A stretch of 64,000 nt of DNA, taken from positions 86,792-150,791 of the forward strand of contig CAYLJX010000001.1 of assembly GCA_964384235.1 (NCBI GenBank). Reading direction: 5' to 3'. This DNA is from an uncultured Bdellovibrionales bacterium. GTDB lineage: Bacteria > Patescibacteriota > Minisyncoccia > Moranbacterales > UBA1568. Positions 16,684 to 24,979 of this stretch are shown in pieces (the stretch's first letter is position 1; each line of letters opens with the position of its first letter). Both the position numbers and the translations under genes were made by a program. The notes beneath the pieces were generated by a model, which saw nothing but the letters and a program-made list of their open reading frames with translations, was not told the DNA's origin and made no database searches.

Positions 16684-18279
16684 ATGCCTATGTCTGAAAT
16701 GACGAACACTTCATTGGAACGCTACGGTCTGGGACGGCACCTCTCCGTTCGGAAAGGAAATCTCTCCCTGTTCGACGTGTCGGCGGAGGATCTGCCGGAA
16801 ACGGTGCAGACGCTCATGCACGAGCACAACCTCCCGCTCAAGACCGTCGTAGCGACCGACGAACGCAAAGAGGGAGGAGTCTTCCGTATCCGGTATGTCT
16901 TCGGTCTCCCCAAGCAGGACGGGTTTCTCGTCCCGGTCCTGTCCGTCGATCCGTACGTGCAGAGCTTTCCGTCGCTGGTCTCCGTCGATCAGGAGTTCGC
17001 CGTCTATGAACAGGAGATACAGACCTTCTTCGGACTGGAACCCCTGGGGCATCCGCGTCCCGGTCGCATCCTGCTCCACGGGGAAAACTTTCCTGCGGAC
17101 TGCCATCCGCTTCGGAAGGACTTCGCTTGGAATACGAATGTCGAGGCACCGAAAGAAAAAATCCTTCCGACATTCAGGAAGTTCGAGGGTGAGGGAGTGT
17201 ATGAGATTCCTGTCGGACCGGTCCATGCCGGGATCATCGAGCCGGGACATTTCCGTTTCAGCGTCTTGGGTGAGGAAATCCTCCGTCTCGAGCCGCGTTT
17301 GGGCTACGTGCACAAGGGGACCGAGAAACTATTTGAGACGCTGCCTCTAGATCAGAAGCTCCGGCTTTCGGAGCGTGTTTCCGGTGACAGTTCCTTCCAT
17401 CACGCGCTCGCTTTCGCCCAGGCGATCGAGACGCTTGCGGGAGTCGCGGTGCCGGATCGGGCCAGATTCCTGCGGACGGTGTACGCCGAACTCGAGCGCC
17501 TCGCCAATCATTTCAATGATCTTGCCTTCATCATGCTCGATACCGGTTTCAGCTTCGGTGGCAGTCAGGGGACGCGCCTGCGGGAACGGGTGATGCGGTG
17601 GAACGAGAGGCTGACCGGGAGCCGGTTCCTGCGAGGAGTGGTCGCTTTCGGCGGCGTGACGAAGGATCTCGATGAAAAAATGATCGATGAGCTGCAGGAC
17701 GATCTCGAACTTTTGGAAAAGGATTTCCAGGAAGTGATCGATGCGACCAAGGAGACCGACTCGCTCCTTAACCGACTCAAAGGGACGGGAACGCTCTCAT
17801 CCCAGGTGGCCCGGGATCACGGGGCGGTGGGTATCGCCGCGCGGGCCGTCGGCGAAGAAACGGACGCCCGGGCCGACTATCCCTATGCCGCCTACGAAGA
17901 GGTTCAGTTCAGTGTCCCGACGGAAGAGAGCGGGGACGTCTATGCCAGATATCGGGTGCGTATCCGTGAGGTACACCAGTCCTTCCGTATCCTCAATCAG
18001 GCGCTTACGCTTCTCACTCACCAGCCGGCACCGATCGTCTCGGGATTGCCCAAATTCCCTGCGTCCTCCATGGCGCTCGGGGTCGTCGAGGGATGGCGTG
18101 GAGATATCGTGTATTTTGTGGCGACGGACGCCGAAGGCAACATCTCGCGTGTCAAAGTGCGCGACCCCTCCTTCCTCAACTGGCAGCTTTTCCCGTACGT
18201 CGTGACCAATGACATGGTGCCGGACTTCCCTTTGATCAACAAGAGTTTTAACCTCTCCTATACCGGAAACGACCTCTAG
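16684..18279 (+). CDS. Fused NuoC-NuoD-like / hydrogenase-large-subunit-like protein without NiFe-binding cysteines
   Basis: The N-terminal third is NuoC-like. Then 'VGPVHAGIIEPGHFRFSVLGEEILRLEPRLGYVHKGTEKLFE' resembles NuoD 'GPQHPAAHGVLRL...HRGTEKL'. Positions that hold RxCGxC and DPCxxC in [NiFe] hydrogenases read 'LGYVHKGTEK' and 'DPSFLNWQ'. Confidence 0.75.
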   Translation: MPMSEMTNTSLERYGLGRHLSVRKGNLSLFDVSAEDLPETVQTLMHEHNLPLKTVVATDERKEGGVFRIRYVFGLPKQDGFLVPVLSVDPYVQSFPSLVSVDQEFAVYEQEIQTFFGLEPLGHPRPGRILLHGENFPADCHPLRKDFAWNTNVEAPKEKILPTFRKFEGEGVYEIPVGPVHAGIIEPGHFRFSVLGEEILRLEPRLGYVHKGTEKLFETLPLDQKLRLSERVSGDSSFHHALAFAQAIETLAGVAVPDRARFLRTVYAELERLANHFNDLAFIMLDTGFSFGGSQGTRLRERVMRWNERLTGSRFLRGVVAFGGVTKDLDEKMIDELQDDLELLEKDFQEVIDATKETDSLLNRLKGTGTLSSQVARDHGAVGIAARAVGEETDARADYPYAAYEEVQFSVPTEESGDVYARYRVRIREVHQSFRILNQALTLLTHQPAPIVSGLPKFPASSMALGVVEGWRGDIVYFVATDAEGNISRVKVRDPSFLNWQLFPYVVTNDMVPDFPLINKSFNLSYTGNDL

Positions 18280-18412
18280 GACGAGGACATATCTCAAATC
18301 CGTTTTTTCTGTCATTCCGGACTTGATCCGGAATCTCTGACGGGCTTTTCAAGATCCTGAAACAAGTTCAGGATGACAAGCATGCATATATTTCGTATTC
18401 TTGAGATGCGAT

Positions 18413-19372
18413 CTAGATATTGATTCCGAAGAAGGAGCGGAGAATATATCCGAAAAGCGATGAGATGCCGACGGCGATAACGATGGTCGCGATGTTGATG
18501 AGGATGCGTTTGCGGGTCTTCATGCCGGAGAGAAAGGCGAGAACGGCGGAAACGACTACGATCGCGAGACCGGCAAAGAGGATCGACAGGAGCGGATCAG
18601 TGGCGCCCAGGAAGACGGGAAGGATCGGAAAGGCAGCCCCGATGAAGTAACTTATCCCGACGATGAGAGCGGTGGAAAGGGGATTTTCGACGGTTTCGCT
18701 GCTCCCGTTTTCGGTTCCCAGGAAGCGTGCTTTGCCACGTTCGAGCGAGCGTACTTCGTTCTCGGAGTTGGAGGCGGCAAAGGCTCCGGCTCCCATGGAG
18801 ATGGCGCCCGCGACCGCGACCGTGAGACCGGCGATCAGGACCGAGGGGGCGTGCTGAAAGGCGGCAAAGAAACCGCTCACCGCGCCAAGGATCTCGACGA
18901 GACCGTCGTTGAATCCCAGGAAGACGCTTCGTACCCGCTCGGGACTGATGTTCTTGCTGGTGTAGCGGCTGACGATCTCGTCTTCGTGGCCGAACTCGTC
19001 TTGGAGGACGTCCCGGACCTTGGATTCGAAGGGTGTGCCCTTGGTCTGTTTCCAAAGGACGAGATATTTCCTGATCCCGTACACCTCGATGGCTTCGAGC
19101 GTGAGGTGGATGCCGGCTTCCCCGAAGATGCGGCAGACGACCAGGAGGACGGACATCTTGATCTTTTGCTTCCAGGTCAAGGTTTTGAGTTTCAGGTCGA
19201 AGTAGTCCTGCCAGAAAGCCAGATGCCGCGTTTCCACGGTCACGAGCGAATCGAGCATCGTTTTTGTGTCCCCCGTGGCGATGAGGGAGAGTTTCTGGTA
19301 GAGCGTCAGGTCGAACAGTTCGTCAAGGACGAGCTGTCGCGCCAGTTTGTGGTCATAATCCGGAGTATCCAT
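18413..19372 (-). CDS. VIT1/CCC1-family Fe/Mn transporter with an N-terminal ferritin/rubrerythrin-like domain
   Basis: From 'MDTPDYDHKLARQLVLDELFDLTLYQKL...' (ferritin-like helices), then 'GFNDGLVEILGAVSGF...' and a glycine-rich TM C-terminal half typical of VIT1. Confidence 0.7.
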   Translation of the reverse strand: MDTPDYDHKLARQLVLDELFDLTLYQKLSLIATGDTKTMLDSLVTVETRHLAFWQDYFDLKLKTLTWKQKIKMSVLLVVCRIFGEAGIHLTLEAIEVYGIRKYLVLWKQTKGTPFESKVRDVLQDEFGHEDEIVSRYTSKNISPERVRSVFLGFNDGLVEILGAVSGFFAAFQHAPSVLIAGLTVAVAGAISMGAGAFAASNSENEVRSLERGKARFLGTENGSSETVENPLSTALIVGISYFIGAAFPILPVFLGATDPLLSILFAGLAIVVVSAVLAFLSGMKTRKRILINIATIVIAVGISSLFGYILRSFFGINI

Positions 19373-19443
19373 AGACAATAAAGAAAAAAGCGGTATCTCC
19401 AGTATACCACTTTCTCCCGGGTTGCCGAGATATTGGGGGGTTG

Positions 19444-20247
19444 TCACATCCAGCGAGTGATGACGAAGACGTAGGCGGCGACGAGGACCCAGAATGACCA
19501 GAGGAAGAAACGTCGGCCCCTGTTCCGCAGGACCTCGTCCTGCATGACTTCCTTGGTGGTGATGCCGAAGCTCTTGAAGATGAAGGTGGATTCGAAGAGA
19601 CGGACGATGACGACCCAGGCGAGGAACATGCCGACATATAATCCGAGTCCCGGTATGTTCGGGCGGGCGAGCTCCGGGGTGGGATTGCCGCCGCCGACTT
19701 TCAGCCACTTCATCCACCCGGCCCACTTCATGTTAAAGACATGGATGATCGTGAGGAGAACGACGAGACGGAGTCCCCAGCGCTGCATGAACCACCAACG
19801 CTTGGCACCGAGAAGCGCTATAGCCTTTTTGAACGAAATGAGGAAGAGAAAGACGAGAAGCGCGATGCCGACGAGTCCCGCGGCGAACTCGAGCGAAGCG
19901 AGTGATACTTTGGAGTGGGGGAACTTGAGCGGGAGGAAGAAGTACGAGACGATCACATGGCCGAGGAGGACGAACGTGGCGACGATGCCGATCTCCTTGC
20001 GAAGGCCGAGCCAGTTGTCGAAGCGATCGAAATAGCGCGCGATCGGCCCGATGAGGAAGACGAGGGAGAGCATCACCGTCCCGGTGCCAGCCAGGGCCTT
20101 GTTGGGGACGTAGAGCACGTCGGCGGTCGGTGGCGCGTCGAAGAAGTAGCCACGCCGGAACAGGAGGTAGAGACTGAAAAACCCGAAAAGGGCGGCCGCG
20201 ATGAGGATCGCGATGAGATAGTCCCGCAGACTCGACGGCTTATGCAT
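19444..20247 (-). CDS. Polytopic membrane protein, possibly with a ferric-reductase-like/MsrQ-like haem-binding TM domain
   Basis: Six or seven TM helices with conserved His in the helices ('LLGHVIVSYFF', 'TIIHVFNMKW'). Lies immediately upstream of the VIT1 gene. The family call is tentative. Confidence 0.35.
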   Translation of the reverse strand: MHKPSSLRDYLIAILIAAALFGFFSLYLLFRRGYFFDAPPTADVLYVPNKALAGTGTVMLSLVFLIGPIARYFDRFDNWLGLRKEIGIVATFVLLGHVIVSYFFLPLKFPHSKVSLASLEFAAGLVGIALLVFLFLISFKKAIALLGAKRWWFMQRWGLRLVVLLTIIHVFNMKWAGWMKWLKVGGGNPTPELARPNIPGLGLYVGMFLAWVVIVRLFESTFIFKSFGITTKEVMQDEVLRNRGRRFFLWSFWVLVAAYVFVITRWM

Positions 20248-20451
20248 AAGTTTTTTGTTTCTTTGTCGGATTAGCTGTATTATATATCAAACACGCTGAA
20301 ACGTATAAAAGTGTCGTTTTGAGTTTGTAAAGTCTGTAAAGTTCATAAAGTCTATAAAGTGTCTGGTCCTTGCTTTACGAACTTTAAAAACTTGATAAAC
20401 TTTATAGACTAGCCTGCCTTTTGAAGGAAAAGACCTTTAGAGAGCCATTTC

Positions 20452-20480
20452 TTGACAAAATACCAGGTCTTTTCTACTAT
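20452..20480 (+). promoter_or_regulatory. Sigma70-type promoter (TTGACA - 17 bp - TACTAT) for the 20540 gene
   Basis: 'cTTGACAaaataccaggtcttttcTACTATgg'. Confidence 0.5.
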
Positions 20481-20539
20481 GGAGGCCTGTACCTTTGAAG
20501 TTTTTCTCACAACCAACTTGCCCTGAGAGGAGAGTGAAG

Positions 20540-20983
20540 ATGTCTGTCAAAGTTACGCAGCGTCCGGAGTACACCGGAAAGTATTCCGCTATCGATGGCA
20601 TGGCTCAGGAAGGAAGAGTTCTGATTCAGAGAGAAGGGGATGACGGGCATCCGGCTTTTCATGCGGGGCCTACATATCCATCCAAGCTTCCTATCCGTTC
20701 CGATGTGCAGAAGCTTCTCGACATGTCGGACGACGACTTCGAGAGGTGGTACAAGGCTCGCCAGCTGGCGATCGTGTCCGAACTCAACAAGTGGAAGCTG
20801 ATCGGAGATGTCCCTCATCTTACATATCCTGCTGAGGATCAGCGGTGGACGTTTGGATCAGCCGTCACCGCCTTCAAGCAAGTTACCGAGACGCTTCAGC
20901 AAGCTTTGAAGCACCTCGAGGTCATCAAGGCCAGGCGGGGAGACATCATCAAGTCCGAGAAAGAGCAACCCGTTCTTCCTTGA
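20540..20983 (+). CDS. Hypothetical protein (147 aa from MSVKVT)
   Basis: RBS 'gagaggagagtgaagATG'; no family recognised. Confidence 0.45.
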   Translation: MSVKVTQRPEYTGKYSAIDGMAQEGRVLIQREGDDGHPAFHAGPTYPSKLPIRSDVQKLLDMSDDDFERWYKARQLAIVSELNKWKLIGDVPHLTYPAEDQRWTFGSAVTAFKQVTETLQQALKHLEVIKARRGDIIKSEKEQPVLP

Positions 20984-21041
20984 ACTGTCGGGCGACAAGA
21001 AACAAGAAGGGTCCGTCTCGGAACACACGAGGCGGACCTTT

Positions 21042-21653
21042 TCAATTTTCCAGTAATTTTGCCAGGGCTCGGATGACCGGTTGCATTTCCATGAGTTCTT
21101 CCTCTTCCGTATGGAGAATGGCGGGCTTCATGGTCGCTTTGGAGTAGTAGAGGGTCCGGATCGACATCCAGAGCGGGACCCCGCCGAATTCCTGGTCGGT
21201 GAGAATGATCCCCCTTTTCGCTTCGGATGTTTTCAGTGTTCCGTCCGGATGAAGCACGGCGAACGCTTCGATCCAGGTGGCATCTACTTTTCCGTCGTGT
21301 TTTCTCGCGACGCTCTTCCAGAATTCCACCAACCGATTGGCGACTTCCTGCGGTGAGAGATCCTTTTCATGCGCATCGCCGAGCGCCATCCGTTTGGGCG
21401 CGTCCATGAATCCCTCTCCTTCGACGAAGAAGCCCGTGTCGTTTCCGATGATCGCTAGGTCGGTGTGCCCGAAGTATGCTCTCACTTTCAGCTCGGCGTT
21501 TGCGGCAAGGGTGGCCCCGTCTTCGACGACGTCTTTTGCCTCGATACCGAGATCCTCCGGCGTATACACCTCGAAGTCCCCGACATGCGCGAGGAGCTTC
21601 CTGTACCGCTCCCTCTTCCCCTCATTGTTCGTCGCCAAAAGGATTTTTTTCAT
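21042..21653 (-). CDS. Ham1/RdgB-like non-canonical NTP pyrophosphatase (tentative)
   Basis: 'KKILLATNNEGKRERYRKLL' resembles the RdgB N-terminal 'VLATxNxGKxxE' motif at the right length (203 aa). The C-terminal motifs are divergent. Confidence 0.4.
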   Translation of the reverse strand: MKKILLATNNEGKRERYRKLLAHVGDFEVYTPEDLGIEAKDVVEDGATLAANAELKVRAYFGHTDLAIIGNDTGFFVEGEGFMDAPKRMALGDAHEKDLSPQEVANRLVEFWKSVARKHDGKVDATWIEAFAVLHPDGTLKTSEAKRGIILTDQEFGGVPLWMSIRTLYYSKATMKPAILHTEEEELMEMQPVIRALAKLLEN

Positions 21654-21654
21654 A

Positions 21655-22116
21655 CTAGTATCCTTTCGGTGGGAGTTTCTTCTTTCCTAACAAGGAAAGA
21701 TTAAGATTAACTATCTTTTCGTTGAGTTCTTGTACGTATTCTAGCAGGTCGTTTCGTTCTGACGGAGAGAGTGTCTCCTGGATATGTTCAAGGGTCTTAT
21801 CGAAGTCGTTTTTGTATTTTTGATTGATGTCTTTCCAAGGAATTCCTTTCAGGAGATTCGCGAGGTTTTCTTTATATTCAAGTACCCCGATTTTCAGGAG
21901 AAAGGCGATGGCGGGATACCCGAGATATCCCTGCCAGTACGACCCGTTGTCATTGGTCATTATGGACTGACTTTCTGGATCGTATTCAACGTCGTAGAAC
22001 TTGTTTCCACTGGAAGAAAAAACTTTTGCGGAGTTTCCCGAGACTTCGACTCTTCCGTCGGCCACAGCTCCCAGAGCTTCATAGATCTTGATAACAGGAG
22101 GTTGCTTCCATTTCAT
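21655..22116 (-). CDS. Hypothetical protein, low-GC gene
   Basis: 153-aa ORF in a ~38% GC stretch. Its stop abuts the start of the downstream gene. Confidence 0.4.
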   Translation of the reverse strand: MKWKQPPVIKIYEALGAVADGRVEVSGNSAKVFSSSGNKFYDVEYDPESQSIMTNDNGSYWQGYLGYPAIAFLLKIGVLEYKENLANLLKGIPWKDINQKYKNDFDKTLEHIQETLSPSERNDLLEYVQELNEKIVNLNLSLLGKKKLPPKGY

Positions 22117-22156
22117 AAAGGAATACTTGCTTGAGGCTTTGGAATGAAGTTGGGAC

Positions 22157-22423
22157 CTATTTTAAAGTAAAGTAGAGAGCGATGATCACTACTATCTGAA
22201 TGAAAATCACGGACAGGAGTCTTTTGGGGTTCGCAAAGGGGAAAAAGGAATACGCTGTTACGGCCAAGAAATACAGGATCATTGCCAATACCGTGACGAT
22301 CAAGAGATTGGGACCTTCGGGATCATCGAACAAGAAAAACAGCGCTCTCGAGCATACGATGGATGTCGCAGCCAAAATGACCAAACGAAACTTCTTTGAG
22401 TCGAGATACGTGTTTCTAATCAT
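22157..22423 (-). CDS. Hypothetical small membrane protein (88 aa, 2 TM), low-GC
   Basis: ORF with two hydrophobic helices beside tRNA-Gln. Confidence 0.3.
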   Translation of the reverse strand: MIRNTYLDSKKFRLVILAATSIVCSRALFFLFDDPEGPNLLIVTVLAMILYFLAVTAYSFFPFANPKRLLSVIFIQIVVIIALYFTLK

Positions 22424-22439
22424 GGCTGGAATTTGTCTG

Positions 22440-22511
22440 CTGGGGAGGTAGGGATCGAACCTACGTATGGAGGCTTCAAAGGCCCCTGCCTTACCACTTG
22501 GCTACTCCCCA
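22440..22511 (-). tRNA. tRNA-Gln (anticodon UUG)
   Basis: Reverse complement 'TGGGGAGTAGCCAAGTGGTAAGGCAGGGGCCTTTGAAGCCTCCATACGTAGGTTCGATCCCTACCTCCCCAG' folds as a 72-nt cloverleaf. Parts: 7-bp acceptor stem, 3-bp D stem GCC/GGC, anticodon loop CTTTGAA, T-loop TTCGATC. It is close to E. coli tRNA-Gln. CCA is not encoded. Confidence 0.85.
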
Positions 22512-22600
22512 AGGTAATTGCTGATTGAAGATTTGAGATTGATGAGTTGGAAAATGATTACGAATCAGAAATTTGCAATCGTAAATCTAAAATCTGCAAT

Positions 22601-24232
22601 TTACGCTTCGTTTACAAGCTTTCCTCCCAACGCTTCGAGGGCTTGGGCGATGAAGGAGTCGGAAGAGGAGGGTGTTTCCTTCGTCGAAGCGCTCTCCAGC
22701 ACGACGCGAAGTCTGGTTCGCGATCCCAAAATCGTATCAAAGGCCTTGCCGAGTGTCAATTGGTTGCCTGGTTCCTCAAGGCGCTCCTTGTGGAAGGGAT
22801 ATTTGACGGCGATGGTCACCGTCCCCGCTTCGGTCGAGACGGGTCGGGCGGTGGAGAGGGCGAGCGTGAGCGAGGCGTTCAGTCGTTTGGCGGTGTCGAG
22901 AATAGCCGCCCAGTTGTTCTGGATGGAACTGAGTTCGATGTCGGATTCTTTGGACCCGTTTGTTTTCTCGCTAAGGGACGAATCTGGATCCTGGATTCCC
23001 GCCTCCGCGGGAATGACAGAGGAAGAGGTTTTCTGTTGGTTGTTTTCTGTTGACTGTTCTTTGGTTTCCGTTGCTGTTTTTGTCTCAACTTTTTTTGGTG
23101 CTTCTGGTTTTCTTTCTCCTGCCTCCTGCCTCCTGCCTCCTGCCTCATTCGACAGTATTTTTACCACCGCTATCTCGATCGGTAGCTCCGGAATGACAGC
23201 GGTCTTCACCTGTGTCTGGGCGACCTGGAAGTGTTCGAGCATGCGCACGATCTCGTTCGGGGAAAAGGATTCGGCGAGTTCGGAGAGGTTTGAAACCTGT
23301 TCATCGGTGAGGTGGTCGAGCTCGAGGGGAGCGTGCTTCGGGTGAGCGGAAACCAAGAGGAGCTCGTGGAGGTAGTGGAGGAGTGCGCCGGAAAAGACGG
23401 CGATGTCGACACCATCCTGGGAGAGCTTGCCGATGAAGGAGAGCGCGCCGGAGAGATCGTTTTGCGCGATGAGACGGAGCAGTCCGGAGAGATTAGCCTT
23501 GGTCGTGGTGCCGAGGACTTCTATCACCTTGGCTTCGGTGATAGGGCTTTCCTCGAGGGCGGCGATCTGGGTGAGGAGGGACTCGGCGTCACGCATGCCG
23601 CCTTCGGCCGTGAGCGCGATCATCTCGAGGGCGCCTTTTTCGATTTTGAGTTTTTCTTCTTTGGCGATTTTTTCGAGCTTTCCGACGATCGATTTGACCG
23701 GGAAACGCGAGAGATCGAAGCGCTGACAACGCGAGACGATGGTATCCGGCACTTTGTGGAGCGCGGTGGTGGCGAGGATAAAGATGACGTGAGTGGGTGG
23801 CTCCTCGAGGGTCTTGAGAAGGGCGTTGAAGGCCCCGATGGAGAGCATATGCACCTCGTCGATGATGTAGATCTTGTGAGAGCCGAGGGTGGGCGGGAGC
23901 GCGACGGTCTCGCGGAGTTCGCGGATATTGTCGACACCGGTATGCGAGGCGGCGTCGATCTCGATGACGTCGAGCGAGCGCCCTTCGTTCATGAGGAGGC
24001 AGTGTTCACATTTTCCGCACGGTTCGAAACCGCGCCGGTCGGAGCAGTTGACGGCCTTGGCGAAGAGACGGGCGAGCGTCGTCTTGCCGGTACCGCGCGG
24101 CCCGGTGAAGAGATAGGCCTGGCCGACCCGGCCGAGCTTCAAGGCGTTCTCGAGAGTCGTGACGATGTGTTTCTGTCCGACGACATCGGCGAACGTCTGC
24201 GGACGGTACTTTCTATACAGGGTCGTGCTCAT
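22601..24232 (-). CDS. dnaX: DNA polymerase III subunit gamma/tau
   Basis: 'LYRKYRPQTFADVVGQKHIVTTLENALKLGRVGQAYLFTGPRGTGKTTLARLFAKAVNC', zinc module 'CGKCEHC', 'IYIIDEVHML'. The start is taken at MSTTLY. Confidence 0.9.
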   Translation of the reverse strand: MSTTLYRKYRPQTFADVVGQKHIVTTLENALKLGRVGQAYLFTGPRGTGKTTLARLFAKAVNCSDRRGFEPCGKCEHCLLMNEGRSLDVIEIDAASHTGVDNIRELRETVALPPTLGSHKIYIIDEVHMLSIGAFNALLKTLEEPPTHVIFILATTALHKVPDTIVSRCQRFDLSRFPVKSIVGKLEKIAKEEKLKIEKGALEMIALTAEGGMRDAESLLTQIAALEESPITEAKVIEVLGTTTKANLSGLLRLIAQNDLSGALSFIGKLSQDGVDIAVFSGALLHYLHELLLVSAHPKHAPLELDHLTDEQVSNLSELAESFSPNEIVRMLEHFQVAQTQVKTAVIPELPIEIAVVKILSNEAGGRRQEAGERKPEAPKKVETKTATETKEQSTENNQQKTSSSVIPAEAGIQDPDSSLSEKTNGSKESDIELSSIQNNWAAILDTAKRLNASLTLALSTARPVSTEAGTVTIAVKYPFHKERLEEPGNQLTLGKAFDTILGSRTRLRVVLESASTKETPSSSDSFIAQALEALGGKLVNEA

Positions 24233-24295
24233 AGGGAGTCTTGGAAAAAGAATTTTTTGGAATGTATTCGTATTATATCTTTTTCCGTCCAATAA

Positions 24296-24331
24296 AAAAA
24301 GCCTGTAGAAACAGGCTTTTCTGTTCGTTTT
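24296..24331 (-). terminator. Rho-independent terminator for the minus-strand gtrA-like gene
   Basis: On the minus strand, 'agcctgtttctacaggct' is followed by 'tttttttt'. Confidence 0.55.
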
Positions 24332-24363
24332 TTTACTACCAGCTACAAGCTAATTCCTAACTC

Positions 24364-24966
24364 CTATTTCTTAAACACGAAGAACTTGTACCCGACGAAG
24401 TTCCAGGTGAGGACGAGGATGGAGGCGGTGAGGCCACCGACGTTGGCCCAGACCTTTTCGTCGACGCCGGTCGGGGCACCGATGACGTTCACGACGAGCG
24501 AGGTGATACCGACGTTTAAGAGGAGACCGACCAGGGAGACGACGAGGAACTGCATGAATTCCTCACCGACGTTCTCGGTGTTCTTGTGCTCGAACGACCA
24601 GAACTTGTTCCAGATGTAGCTGTTGATAATGGCGGCAAGCACCGCAAAGCTCTTGAAGACCGAGATGAGGTAGCCGCTCGAGACGTCGCTCATGTAGATG
24701 AAGAGATTGTAGATGCCGAGGTCGATGACGGTGTTGGTCACGCCGACCAGCCCGAATTTGGAAAGCTGGAAGAAAAAACCGCGAACCTTGGAAAGAAGGT
24801 AGCCGAAAGCGACGCCGAGGGCGGCCAGGAGCGCAAGGAGGGGAGCGAAGAACGCAATCGGTACAGGAAGATTTACTGAGAGATTGGAAAAGATGAACGG
24901 AGCAAGGATCCCGATGAACGCCCCGTTGATGGCCGCGAAGATCAGATCACGTACGGTCAATTTCAT
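24364..24966 (-). CDS. GtrA-family polysaccharide-synthesis membrane protein
   Basis: 'QLSKFGLVGVTNTVIDLGIYNLF' is the GtrA signature. Four or five TM helices. Start taken at MKLTVRDL. Confidence 0.65.
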   Translation of the reverse strand: MKLTVRDLIFAAINGAFIGILAPFIFSNLSVNLPVPIAFFAPLLALLAALGVAFGYLLSKVRGFFFQLSKFGLVGVTNTVIDLGIYNLFIYMSDVSSGYLISVFKSFAVLAAIINSYIWNKFWSFEHKNTENVGEEFMQFLVVSLVGLLLNVGITSLVVNVIGAPTGVDEKVWANVGGLTASILVLTWNFVGYKFFVFKK

Positions 24967-24979
24967 ATCCTCTGTTAAG

